Shown piece after piece: positions 1 to 8,515 of a stretch of DNA of 64,000 nt. The stretch covers positions 96,001-160,000 of IMG/VR virus record IMGVR_UViG_3300042258_000341; one strand, written 5' to 3'. Positions within the stretch are counted from its first letter, which is position 1. Each line of letters opens with the position of its first letter. Source of the DNA: a virus (taxonomy: Duplodnaviria > Caudoviricetes). Made by a program: the position numbers and the translations under genes. The notes under the pieces were generated by a model. The model saw only the letters and a program-made list of their open reading frames with translations. It was not told the DNA's origin and did no database searches.

Positions 1-186
1 GGAAGATTTTCAACAGGTTTTGTTTTTTGCTGCATTGCTTTGGGTTTAGACATATCTGCACGAGAAAGAGGGCTTATTGCTTGAGAAGTAATAATTTTTG
101 TTACAGGTTTCATTTGTTCAGGCATCTACTCAATTCTTCTTTCTTATTTATTTTATCTCTTTCACTCAAAAAAACATGAAAAAGAA

Positions 187-492
187 TTATTTCACTTTAT
201 CACAATCTACTACAGTAAGAGAAGAGACAACATTCATTTCTTTTATTTTCTCTTCTAAATTAGCACAAACACAACAATTAGATAATTCAGGAAGAGTTTC
301 ACAAATAAATTCCCGGATTGTCGATACTTGACATTTCCGGGAACAATCAAACAATTCTTGTGCTTTTTCGCTTTCCAGCAAATCATTTTCAATTATGTAC
401 GTAATCGCTTTTAAACATTTCATTTCACAATTGTACAAATTACCCACCTGTGTTAACTGTTGTATGCGTTTAAGTTTAGCTTCTTTTGTCAA
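187..492 (-). CDS. hypothetical protein (Cys-rich)
   Basis: 101-aa ORF collinear with neighbours; no recognisable motif; start uncertain. Confidence 0.5.
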   Translation of the reverse strand: MTKEAKLKRIQQLTQVGNLYNCEMKCLKAITYIIENDLLESEKAQELFDCSRKCQVSTIREFICETLPELSNCCVCANLEEKIKEMNVVSSLTVVDCDKVK

Positions 493-535
493 GATAAAAA
501 ACCCCCGGGATATTTATTTTATTTTCAAGTGTATT

Positions 536-1270
536 TTAAACAGCTTTTATTTTATCGTGTAACTCGATTATTTGCCAAGAAAGTTTTGTAAAATCAGAAG
601 GAAATTTACGGGTTTTAAAGTTTTGGGAATTATCTAAAACAAAGTCGAATTCATTATCGGGAACATGATCCATCCCTGTTTCTGAAGCGTTGAACATCCC
701 GTGAGCGGTATAAGCTTTAATAGCTTCAGGAGACATTCTTTCCAGTCGAGTTAAAACCGGGCAATTTATTTTTACCCTAAAAGAAAGAATATCGAGTAAT
801 TTACAAACTTCTTTCGAGTAATCCCATTCACTGCCAAGATCGTTTGTGTGATATCGCATATCCGGAACACAGATAATTTTGTCTTGAAAAACAGTATTGA
901 AATCTTTCAGAGCTTCAAAATGTTTCTCTATCCAAATATCTGGGCGTTCTTTTCGATACCCATCCCCGATTTCAACCAATTGTTTCCGATATTGTGTTTT
1001 GTATTCGTAGTCAGAACATAATCTTTCGTAATTCACTTTCGGGTCTATCTGACACAATTCTTTTCTCACTTCATCCGCAAAAGGCATTTTCACAATCTCA
1101 AAAACATCAAAACAAGAAGGCTTATCCGTGAATAGATTTTTGATATCCTGTCTCTTTTCGGGTTCCGAAAAATATTCAGCCTTATGTAAATACATATAAT
1201 ATTTAAGGCTTTTTACAAAATAATCTTTCCCTGCAGAAGCTTTGCCGTGTATAAACAAAACAATATTCAT
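536..1270 (-). CDS. P-loop nucleotide monophosphate kinase (dNMP kinase / phosphomevalonate kinase-like)
   Basis: GKASAGKD Walker A near the N-terminus; FADEVR, YKTQYRKQLVEIGDGYR, VPDMRY and SETGMD..FDFVLDN motifs. Confidence 0.7.
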   Translation of the reverse strand: MNIVLFIHGKASAGKDYFVKSLKYYMYLHKAEYFSEPEKRQDIKNLFTDKPSCFDVFEIVKMPFADEVRKELCQIDPKVNYERLCSDYEYKTQYRKQLVEIGDGYRKERPDIWIEKHFEALKDFNTVFQDKIICVPDMRYHTNDLGSEWDYSKEVCKLLDILSFRVKINCPVLTRLERMSPEAIKAYTAHGMFNASETGMDHVPDNEFDFVLDNSQNFKTRKFPSDFTKLSWQIIELHDKIKAV

Positions 1271-1298
1271 ATATCAACCTTTCTTTTATCTTCTCTAC

Positions 1299-1327
1299 AA
1301 TATACCGGGAAGATATGGAAATTACAA
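1299..1327 (-). promoter_or_regulatory. class II promoter-like motif (TTGTAA-N17-TATATT)
   Basis: matches a motif recurring upstream of at least nine genes in the window. Confidence 0.6.
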
Positions 1328-1354
1328 AAAAATTCCCGAGAATTTCTTCCCGGG
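1325..1354 (-). terminator. intrinsic terminator after RNase H-dUTPase
   Basis: CCCGGGAA-GAAA-TTCTCGGG hairpin followed by a T-tract on the minus strand. Confidence 0.6.
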
Positions 1355-1394
1355 GCAAAAAAGAGAGTCCTTTTATGGAAAGTAACGAAGCAAA

Positions 1395-2435
1395 CTAAAT
1401 TTTAGGTTTATTTGTCGAACCGTGTCCCCCACGAGAAACGTCACTCGGGGTGTATCGATATGTTTCAAAACGATAGATGGGCTGTAAGAAGAATTGGCAG
1501 ATTCGAGTGCCTTTTGGAATACAAATTTCTTTTCCTGTATTTTGTTTCAGCAAGTAACTGTTTTGACAGATTTGCTGTTTTTCAAAACTATCCGGGGGTA
1601 AATACAATACCGGCATTTTCCAAATATCGTCTTTTCCGATGTAATTTGCATCGATCAAGCCTAAATGGTTAACTTGGATGATATGGTAATTTTTGTAAGT
1701 GGAAGATCTGGGGATGAGAAGAGAATGAAAACCTTCCGGAGGTTTAATATTTACCCCAAGATTGATCAAAGCAAAAGGGTCTTCGAGGGAAAGATGCACA
1801 TCTTCGATTGAGATTAAATCAAACCCGGAAGAGATATTGTCCTGAAATCCAGCAGTTCTATACATCTCTTCAACTTCAGGGGAAATAAAATTAATCCCGA
1901 GTTTCAGAATTGTGGAATTTTCAACGGTCTCAAAATTCAAGTCTGGTTGAGAAACGGGTATTTCTTTTACTTCTTCCTTTTCTTTAGGGCTACAAGATTT
2001 TGTTTCGATTGCTTTATTCGCCAAGGAATCACAATATTCATTCAGTAATTCCCCGGAATGCGCTTTCACCCATTTCCAAGTAATAATATGAGTCTTGGTA
2101 ACTTTTAAAAGCTCTTCCCAAAGCTCCTGATTTTTTACCGGAGAGCCAGAAGAAGTTATCCAGTTATTTTTCAACCAAGAATCTATCCAGTTGTTCCGGA
2201 AAGCATCCACAAGATATTTACTATCTGAAATCAAAGTAACCACACAGGGCATCTTTAAGCATTTAAAGGCTTCAATTGCGGCAGTTAATTCCATCTGGTT
2301 ATTTGTGGCTGTTTTTACATAACCCCATATTTCTTTTTGATTCTTACCGGAAGTGAGGACTGCCGCCCAACCCCCTTCCCCGGGATTACCCTTACTTGCT
2401 CCATCAGTGTAAATAATAATTTCTTTATCCGGCAT
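1395..2435 (-). CDS. RNase HI-dUTPase fusion
   Basis: N-term YTDGASKGNPG, TNNQMEL, SDSKY, KNQELW, WVKAH..NEYCDSLA (RNase HI); C-term GFDL, PRSS, GLIDANY, RICQF, RGGHGST (trimeric dUTPase motifs 1-5). Confidence 0.92.
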   Translation of the reverse strand: MPDKEIIIYTDGASKGNPGEGGWAAVLTSGKNQKEIWGYVKTATNNQMELTAAIEAFKCLKMPCVVTLISDSKYLVDAFRNNWIDSWLKNNWITSSGSPVKNQELWEELLKVTKTHIITWKWVKAHSGELLNEYCDSLANKAIETKSCSPKEKEEVKEIPVSQPDLNFETVENSTILKLGINFISPEVEEMYRTAGFQDNISSGFDLISIEDVHLSLEDPFALINLGVNIKPPEGFHSLLIPRSSTYKNYHIIQVNHLGLIDANYIGKDDIWKMPVLYLPPDSFEKQQICQNSYLLKQNTGKEICIPKGTRICQFFLQPIYRFETYRYTPSDVSRGGHGSTNKPKI

Positions 2436-3348
2436 ATTTATTTTTCCTTTCTATACCTCTTTTTCGAAACTCTTCATCAACCCCGTCCCAAACTTCTCTT
2501 AATATTTCGGCTTTTACAGAACTCCCGCAACAATCTTTTCGCATTTCCAACATTCTATCTTTCATATTTTCCAATTCTTTTTGTGCGTCTATTATATGTT
2601 TAATTTCTTTAAGAAACTTATCGGCTTCAGCTCTATCTGAATTCTGTTCAGATTCAGACAAGTCTTTATACTGTGTCATAAGCTGTCGATGCCAACGCTG
2701 CACAGCCCAAAGAGGGATTGTTCTACTTCCATCCGGATTTATTTCACATTTGGAGAATAAATAATTCATCCAACTTGACCATTGCTGGTGACATAACTCA
2801 GCAAAATTTTCACGTAGGGAGGTTAGAATTTTCATAATATCCTCTGCTAATTCTTCTTCATATTTCTTTTCTTTCGTTTCAACTACTTCAACTGTAATTT
2901 CAAGATTCTTAAAAATAGTATCCAAATATTCATAACCAAATCTGGCAAGCCTGTCTTTATATTCAATCAGGATTCGCTCAACCTTACCTTCAAAACATAA
3001 CTTGATTAGTTTGTGTAATCCTTTTCTCTTTTCATTTATTCCGCTGGCTATTTCATCAATCATCATATACTTGTAGCCTTTGGATTCAGCATGTTTTCTC
3101 AACCTATCTTTCTGCCGTTCAAGGTTTTCTTTTTGCTTGGCGGTCGAACAACGGGCATAAATCACAGTCAACTTTTCTTGCTTCTCTTTCTCAACTCCCA
3201 TATAAGTATCTAAGTCATCCTGGCGGAAACGCCTATGCCCTCCAGTAGTCTTAAAAGAGTTTATCTTGCCGTTGTTGGCAAGTGTCTTGAGCGTGTTTAT
3301 TGAAACTCCAAGATATTCGCTTGCTTCTGTGATTTTATAGATTTTCAT
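2425..3348 (-). CDS. IS607-family serine recombinase (TnpA) fused to an unrelated C-terminal domain
   Basis: MerR-type HTH, YARCST catalytic Ser, EIASG, YKDRLARFG, EELAEDI; then a non-TnpA tail (ELCHQQW..RW..YKDLSESEQNSDR); no tnpB adjacent. Confidence 0.85.
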   Translation of the reverse strand: MKIYKITEASEYLGVSINTLKTLANNGKINSFKTTGGHRRFRQDDLDTYMGVEKEKQEKLTVIYARCSTAKQKENLERQKDRLRKHAESKGYKYMMIDEIASGINEKRKGLHKLIKLCFEGKVERILIEYKDRLARFGYEYLDTIFKNLEITVEVVETKEKKYEEELAEDIMKILTSLRENFAELCHQQWSSWMNYLFSKCEINPDGSRTIPLWAVQRWHRQLMTQYKDLSESEQNSDRAEADKFLKEIKHIIDAQKELENMKDRMLEMRKDCCGSSVKAEILREVWDGVDEEFRKRGIERKNKYAG

Positions 3349-3977
3349 TTAACCAACTGCCCCCACTGTTCTGCCATAGCTTTTGCAATTCCTGGAAATG
3401 TTTTACTTCTCAGTTTTGCTCTTTCAGCTTTTGGGAGCTTCCACGCTTCTGCATACCATGCAGGCATAGTTTTACCACTTTTAAACTCCGTCCTCTTTGG
3501 CGGTTCAACAATATTTGTCGGTACCAAGTTTGGTAAGCCCTTCAACCATAAACAGGTTTTCTTTTCAAAAGCGTCACCAAACTGAAACGGGTTTATTATT
3601 TGGTTTGGTTTTCTCCATTCGCTCGACATAACACCTACAGGGTTTTCAATCGCAATTCTTTCACAATCAGCATTTGCGAACATCATGAAGAAATCAATTG
3701 CTTCGGCTCTGTCTTGATGTCGCTTAATAGCTTTTTCACCGTACCGCTGAATGTTAAACCAGCGGTTCCCTGTAACAGTTAGATATGTACACGGAGGAAA
3801 TGCAATAATCATATCCCACTTTTGCTTTAACAACTCGGTTACATCTTGCTGTAAATGCCATTCTGGATGACCGCCAGAGCATTCCAAAATATCACAACTA
3901 AACGCTTCGAGTCCTAACGCTCTCAACTCTTTTGTGACTGCCTGTGATTCTTCACAAGCGACTAGAATCTTTCCCAT
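3345..3977 (-). CDS. phage C5-cytosine DNA methyltransferase-like protein
   Basis: ILVACEES, SCDI, AFPPCTYL (catalytic PC), IENPVG, KKTCLW, RSKTFPGIA motifs. Confidence 0.8.
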   Translation of the reverse strand: MGKILVACEESQAVTKELRALGLEAFSCDILECSGGHPEWHLQQDVTELLKQKWDMIIAFPPCTYLTVTGNRWFNIQRYGEKAIKRHQDRAEAIDFFMMFANADCERIAIENPVGVMSSEWRKPNQIINPFQFGDAFEKKTCLWLKGLPNLVPTNIVEPPKRTEFKSGKTMPAWYAEAWKLPKAERAKLRSKTFPGIAKAMAEQWGQLVK

Positions 3978-3980
3978 GGT

Positions 3981-4244
3981 TTATACCTCCAGATTCATTT
4001 TTGTTTTAATATGATGCCAGAACATCCGCCCACATTTATCACACCGCTCATCTTTCGTTATTTGTAATGCAAACCATCTTGATGTCGTCCACGTTTGCAA
4101 CTCATCAAACAAGACAGCTTTTTCTATGGCTCTTGCAAACTCTAAGATATCTCCATCGGGTATAGCTTCTTCGTGTTCCCAGTGTCCACCACACAGCCGA
4201 GTATATTTCAACGCTATATCTTCTATCTGTTTATCTGTCAGCAT
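3981..4244 (-). CDS. hypothetical protein
   Basis: 87-aa ORF with AAGGAG upstream and a CxxC near the end. Confidence 0.6.
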   Translation of the reverse strand: MLTDKQIEDIALKYTRLCGGHWEHEEAIPDGDILEFARAIEKAVLFDELQTWTTSRWFALQITKDERCDKCGRMFWHHIKTKMNLEV

Positions 4245-4389
4245 CTTTCAACTCCTTAACTAATTTTTCGTTTGCATCTACAATCTTCTGCAAATCATCA
4301 ACTAATATTTCTTTTTCCAGAGGCTCGAAGAAATAAACCTTCTCATCCTCTGTTTCGAAATACTCTTTGGTCACTTTGATTACTTTCAT
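4231..4389 (-). CDS. small hypothetical protein (52 aa, not in the ORF track)
   Basis: MKVIKVTKEYFETEDEKVYFFEPLEKE...; AGGAG RBS, with a TTGCTT..TG-TATAAT promoter at ~4404-4431. Confidence 0.6.
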   Translation of the reverse strand: MKVIKVTKEYFETEDEKVYFFEPLEKEILVDDLQKIVDANEKLVKELKDADR

Positions 4390-4550
4390 TTTTCATCTCC
4401 TATATTATACACATTTCTGGTTAAAAAGCAAGTGATTTTAACCGATTTCTTTTGATTTTGTTGGATTTTCATAAGCAGTTATAACCTCCAAACCAACAAT
4501 ATTTTCTTTACAGAAAGAGAGTACCTCCAACATGTTTATTTTTCCTTTCT

Positions 4551-4823
4551 TCATAATTTCTCGAAATGTTGTTTCAATTCGTAGGCTCGAAGTTTTAAAC
4601 GATCTCTTTCCTTTTCAACAAGAACTTTTATTGTTTCTTGGGGCATTGTATTTCGTAATTTAATTGTGTCTGAATTGGTAACATATGGAGTTGTGAATTC
4701 AAGGGCAACAGTATAGTTTTCCTGAAAGTTGTGTAAAATCTTTTCTATTTTCTCCAAATCGTGACTTATGGTTCGCAATTCCTTTTGAATATCGTTGGCT
4801 TTTTCCAGAGTGTCTATATCCAT
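4551..4823 (-). CDS. hypothetical protein
   Basis: 90-aa collinear ORF. Confidence 0.6.
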   Translation of the reverse strand: MDIDTLEKANDIQKELRTISHDLEKIEKILHNFQENYTVALEFTTPYVTNSDTIKLRNTMPQETIKVLVEKERDRLKLRAYELKQHFEKL

Positions 4824-4838
4824 TTATTCCATTCTTTC

Positions 4839-5510
4839 TTAAATTAATTGTGCCCGGAGGATATTAAATAAATAATCTCTCCCGTTTAACTTGTAAGATT
4901 CGTTTATGTCTTTCCCTTGAAAGTTAAGGAACTTAAAGGTATTTGCAAATTCTGTATTCACCTTCGTTTCTTTTATTATATTCTTTACTGCAGTTTGCCC
5001 GGATTTATCGTTGTCGTAAGCAAAATAGATATTGTTCGAAATCGCCTTCAAGAAACAACAGAATTTAAAGGAATGCATTGCAGTTAACGGGGAAATTATC
5101 GGAAATCCCAAGGGTCTTAAGGTTTCAGCATCTATTACCCCTTCGGTTACGATCAAAGGCGTTTGCGGGTCTATCTCGGAAAGAGAGGTTGTGTAATACA
5201 AAAGTAAATCCACAGATTCTTCTTTGAATTTTCGATATCTTAATCGGGAAGATTCTGTTCCCAAGTAACGAGCATCGAACCCTATCAGTTTTGCCGGATC
5301 TTCTACATCGGTAATCGGGAAATACAAAGTATCTGTAAATAATCCCGGGGGCAGGAAAGCAGAAAGAGATATGAAGCTGTTTTTATCCCCCCCGGTAAAG
5401 ACAGGCGGGTATCGCATAGCTTCAGAATTAACCCCTCTTGTCAGGAGGTATTTTTTAGCATTTGCGATGTTTTCTTCGGTATAAATTATATTCGCAAGTT
5501 TCTGTATCAT
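4839..5510 (-). CDS. DNA primase catalytic (TOPRIM) subunit lacking a Zn-finger
   Basis: YLLTRGV, LYFPI, GFDAR, VTEGVIDA, YDNDKSG and KDINE DnaG motifs; no CHC2 domain. Confidence 0.85.
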   Translation of the reverse strand: MIQKLANIIYTEENIANAKKYLLTRGVNSEAMRYPPVFTGGDKNSFISLSAFLPPGLFTDTLYFPITDVEDPAKLIGFDARYLGTESSRLRYRKFKEESVDLLLYYTTSLSEIDPQTPLIVTEGVIDAETLRPLGFPIISPLTAMHSFKFCCFLKAISNNIYFAYDNDKSGQTAVKNIIKETKVNTEFANTFKFLNFQGKDINESYKLNGRDYLFNILRAQLI

Positions 5511-5520
5511 ATCTCTCTCA

Positions 5521-5550
5521 TATATACTCGAAAACAGGGTTATTTTTCAG
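5521..5550 (-). promoter_or_regulatory. class II promoter-like motif (CTGAAA-N18-TATATA)
   Basis: recurring motif, 10 nt upstream of the primase ATG. Confidence 0.5.
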
Positions 5551-6866
5551 ATATCTTTTGCAATCGAAAGAACAGTCGCTGTTTCGTAATTTTCTTCAGT
5601 GTCTTTTACAAGAACTGCTTTATCTTTCAAAAGCTGGAAAGTAACTGTTTCAGATTTAAAGAAATTAAGAGTTTTCAATAAATTCTCCAATCCAACATAA
5701 AATTCTCTTTCCTGTAAATCTTGTGCGCTTTGTCGAGAAATAGAAAGAACATCTCTTGATTTTTTCCCGGTGAAGTCTTGTATCGAAAGAATTAATTTTG
5801 CTTCCGGGTTTTTGTTGTAAAGCTTGAATTTTACAAGAATGTTCTTTGCTACAGCAACAACAGATAGTTTCTGCAAAGAGGAAACAAAGGCACTTCTCGG
5901 GAGATTTATTGTCTCATCTACAGATAAGGACAGTAATGTTTTAAGAGAAGGGAAAGAAACTTCGGTCTTTTCAAGACCAAGGAATAAGTTCTGATCCCGA
6001 ATAATAAAATAAGTATCTGTTTCGAAAAGTTTTGTTTTTGCAGGATCGAAAAAAGGAAGGACTTTCGAAAGCACAGACACCACTTCTTGTTTTAATTTCA
6101 AAGGCACATTCAACAGAGACGGGGATTTAAAATAACCTATTGCCGCAACACTCCCCCCTACAATTGCAGAATCCCGGCAATCGATAACCGAAAGAGATTC
6201 TTGACTTTCGTTCTTTTCGGAATACAAGGAGAGGTAATTGAGGGCTGTTTGCAATATCTCTACATTCAAATTACATTCCACCGGGAGGATATTTACAATA
6301 TTATTGTGATATTGTATAAAATCAGTAGCTTCCCTTACAGAAAGTTCAAGATGCGTTTCTCCGGAATCCATCTCAAGAAGAGCGTTCTCTGCATTGTATT
6401 TAAAAGAAAGCTCGTGATTCGGGAAAGAAGCTGTGATTTTTGCAAGAGTCGGGTAATCGAAAGCAAAAGAGATTTCAGGGTTCTTCCCGACAGAAGATAT
6501 TTTTGTAAGTGGGATAAAAACCTCTCCGAAAGAAAAATTATTAAATCCCGATATCTTAAGCTGTGTTTCGAAAATAACAATCTTTATCAAATTCGGATTT
6601 ATTTTACTGCCCGTATATGTGTGTTTCAAAACCCCACAAGCATATTTAAGAAATCTTGAATCCACAGAAAAAGAATACTCCCCAACTCCGGGGGCATCTC
6701 CTTCTTTGTGGAAACGATCAAAAAGAGAAGTATCTTCGGATTTGTAATACACCTCTTTTAACTCCCGGATAACTTCTTTTGGGGAAGCATCTGCGTCTAT
6801 TACAATAGAACTGTCTGCTGAAGGTTTTACCATATTTCCTATTTTGCTGCTTAAAGTTTCTGTCAT
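5547..6866 (-). CDS. DNA polymerase sliding clamp (beta-subunit-like)
   Basis: three repeated alpha/beta domains with clamp-like patterns (LKISGFN, FDYPTLAKI, PRSAFVSSLQKLSVV, NLLKTLNFF); replication context. Confidence 0.6.
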   Translation of the reverse strand: MTETLSSKIGNMVKPSADSSIVIDADASPKEVIRELKEVYYKSEDTSLFDRFHKEGDAPGVGEYSFSVDSRFLKYACGVLKHTYTGSKINPNLIKIVIFETQLKISGFNNFSFGEVFIPLTKISSVGKNPEISFAFDYPTLAKITASFPNHELSFKYNAENALLEMDSGETHLELSVREATDFIQYHNNIVNILPVECNLNVEILQTALNYLSLYSEKNESQESLSVIDCRDSAIVGGSVAAIGYFKSPSLLNVPLKLKQEVVSVLSKVLPFFDPAKTKLFETDTYFIIRDQNLFLGLEKTEVSFPSLKTLLSLSVDETINLPRSAFVSSLQKLSVVAVAKNILVKFKLYNKNPEAKLILSIQDFTGKKSRDVLSISRQSAQDLQEREFYVGLENLLKTLNFFKSETVTFQLLKDKAVLVKDTEENYETATVLSIAKDI

Positions 6867-6869
6867 GAT

Positions 6870-7241
6870 TTATTGTCCCGCCTGTTCCATAGCTTCTTTT
6901 AAAACTTGAAGTTGATCTGTAAGCTGTGTTTCAAGTTCTTCTTTTTTTATTTCCAGCTCCGAAACATCTTTTATCCCGTATTTTTCAAGAATTTCTTTTG
7001 TCTGTTTGTCGATTTCTTTTTCTTTTTCTTCCAGTTGAGCCTCAAGAGCGATTACAGAAACGGAAAGAGTTTCTTTTTCTTTTGCTATTTTAGACAAAAG
7101 GTTTGTTAATTGTTCCGGGGTGAGTTTCTTTACATCCACATCCAGAACTTCTTTGTATTTACTTAATTCGGATTGCAGGGCAGATTTTATTTCTTTCGGG
7201 AGAGCATCGATAATTTCAGCAAGAGTTTTTGTTTCGGACAT
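6870..7241 (-). CDS. coiled-coil hypothetical protein
   Basis: heptad-rich E/K/L sequence. Confidence 0.65.
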   Translation of the reverse strand: MSETKTLAEIIDALPKEIKSALQSELSKYKEVLDVDVKKLTPEQLTNLLSKIAKEKETLSVSVIALEAQLEEKEKEIDKQTKEILEKYGIKDVSELEIKKEELETQLTDQLQVLKEAMEQAGQ

Positions 7242-7266
7242 ATTTATATTGTCAACCTTTCTTTTC

Positions 7267-8445
7267 TTATAAAGTTATATTTCCGTTGGATTCAGGGTCG
7301 AGTAGAGAAATCATTTGTTTTGCGGCTTTCTTTGCGAACATTTTGTCTGCAAAGTCCGACATGCAAGTAACTCCTTTTTCTTTAGCTGCGGGGCATTGTG
7401 GTAATGCCAGACAGAACTGGCAATTACTGTTACTCGGATTTAATTCGAAAAGTTCATCTTGAAAAAATAATCCGTGAGGGGTTGTTTTATTTTCGAATTT
7501 TTGTTCCAAATCCCGGCAAGTATCTAACAGGGCATTTACGCCGTCTTCAATTTTAAGACGAAAATCCATATTAAAATCAAATTCTTTCAACTTGTTTTCT
7601 GTCCAAGAATATAAAGCCATTCTCCCGGGGATTTTTCTTGTCCGTAAGAAAAGCAGGAAGGCGTAGAATTGTAATTGATCTTCTTTCGTATAAGAAGAGA
7701 AATTGTATTTCCCGTCGAAAATAAAATACCCGTCTTCGAGTTGCCCGATACTTGAGAAATAAGAAGTGCTTTTCTGTCTTGTATTGTACAAGAAGTCGAT
7801 GCTTCCAGTAAAAAGCATATCCCCTACTTCTATATTTAAAGGAATTTCAGACATAATTCGGTCAAGAGTCAGCTCCTGATCGATAAACATCTGTAAAATA
7901 GCGGGATATAAAGAACAAAGTTTGTCGAGCAGTTTTTCTTCGGTTTCGTAAATGTTCTGAAAAGTATTTCGGTCGATAAAAGAAATATTAACTTCAGTTA
8001 TCTCTGGGTCGAGATTGTAATTATTTATTATGCTTTGTCGATGTAAAGAACCATACTTATTGTTCCAAAACCCTTTTCGGTTCTCGAATTCCGGCTGAAG
8101 CTGCTGTTCTACCGGGAACTTAGACAAGTAGAAAACAGCTTTGGTGTTTGTTGTGAGCCAAGACAATAAATCGGACATCGAAGACATTCCCGGACGAGAA
8201 TAAATTCGAGAATTGATAAAAACTTCCATAACTTTTTGTATCACAGTCCCGGGGATTGCTCTTGAATCTTCTCGGATTGTAGGAGTAACTACAATATCTC
8301 TTGGGGCTTGGAGGACATAGTTGGTAAACCACCAGCCTTTACATGTTCTAAAATTGTCGAATTTACTCCAAGACATTCGAGTGGTTTTTTTCAAAGCTTC
8401 TTTTGTCAGGTTGACATCGTAAATAATATCGGTAAGTTCAGTCAC
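7267..8445 (-). CDS. PD-(D/E)XK exonuclease, Cas4/AddB-like
   Basis: SWSKFDNFRTC, E..GSIDFL..DGK, QLQFYA and C-terminal CQFCLALPQC (4-Cys Fe-S staple arrangement). Confidence 0.8.
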   Translation of the reverse strand: MTELTDIIYDVNLTKEALKKTTRMSWSKFDNFRTCKGWWFTNYVLQAPRDIVVTPTIREDSRAIPGTVIQKVMEVFINSRIYSRPGMSSMSDLLSWLTTNTKAVFYLSKFPVEQQLQPEFENRKGFWNNKYGSLHRQSIINNYNLDPEITEVNISFIDRNTFQNIYETEEKLLDKLCSLYPAILQMFIDQELTLDRIMSEIPLNIEVGDMLFTGSIDFLYNTRQKSTSYFSSIGQLEDGYFIFDGKYNFSSYTKEDQLQFYAFLLFLRTRKIPGRMALYSWTENKLKEFDFNMDFRLKIEDGVNALLDTCRDLEQKFENKTTPHGLFFQDELFELNPSNSNCQFCLALPQCPAAKEKGVTCMSDFADKMFAKKAAKQMISLLDPESNGNITL

Positions 8446-8480
8446 GTAAAAAATTTCCTTTTGTTTTATTTTCTGTTATG

Positions 8481-8509
8481 AATATACCGCAATCTTAAAT
8501 TAATTACAG
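8481..8509 (-). promoter_or_regulatory. class II promoter-like motif (CTGTAA-N17-TATATT)
   Basis: recurring motif in an intergenic gap. Confidence 0.6.
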
Positions 8510-8515
8510 AAAAAA

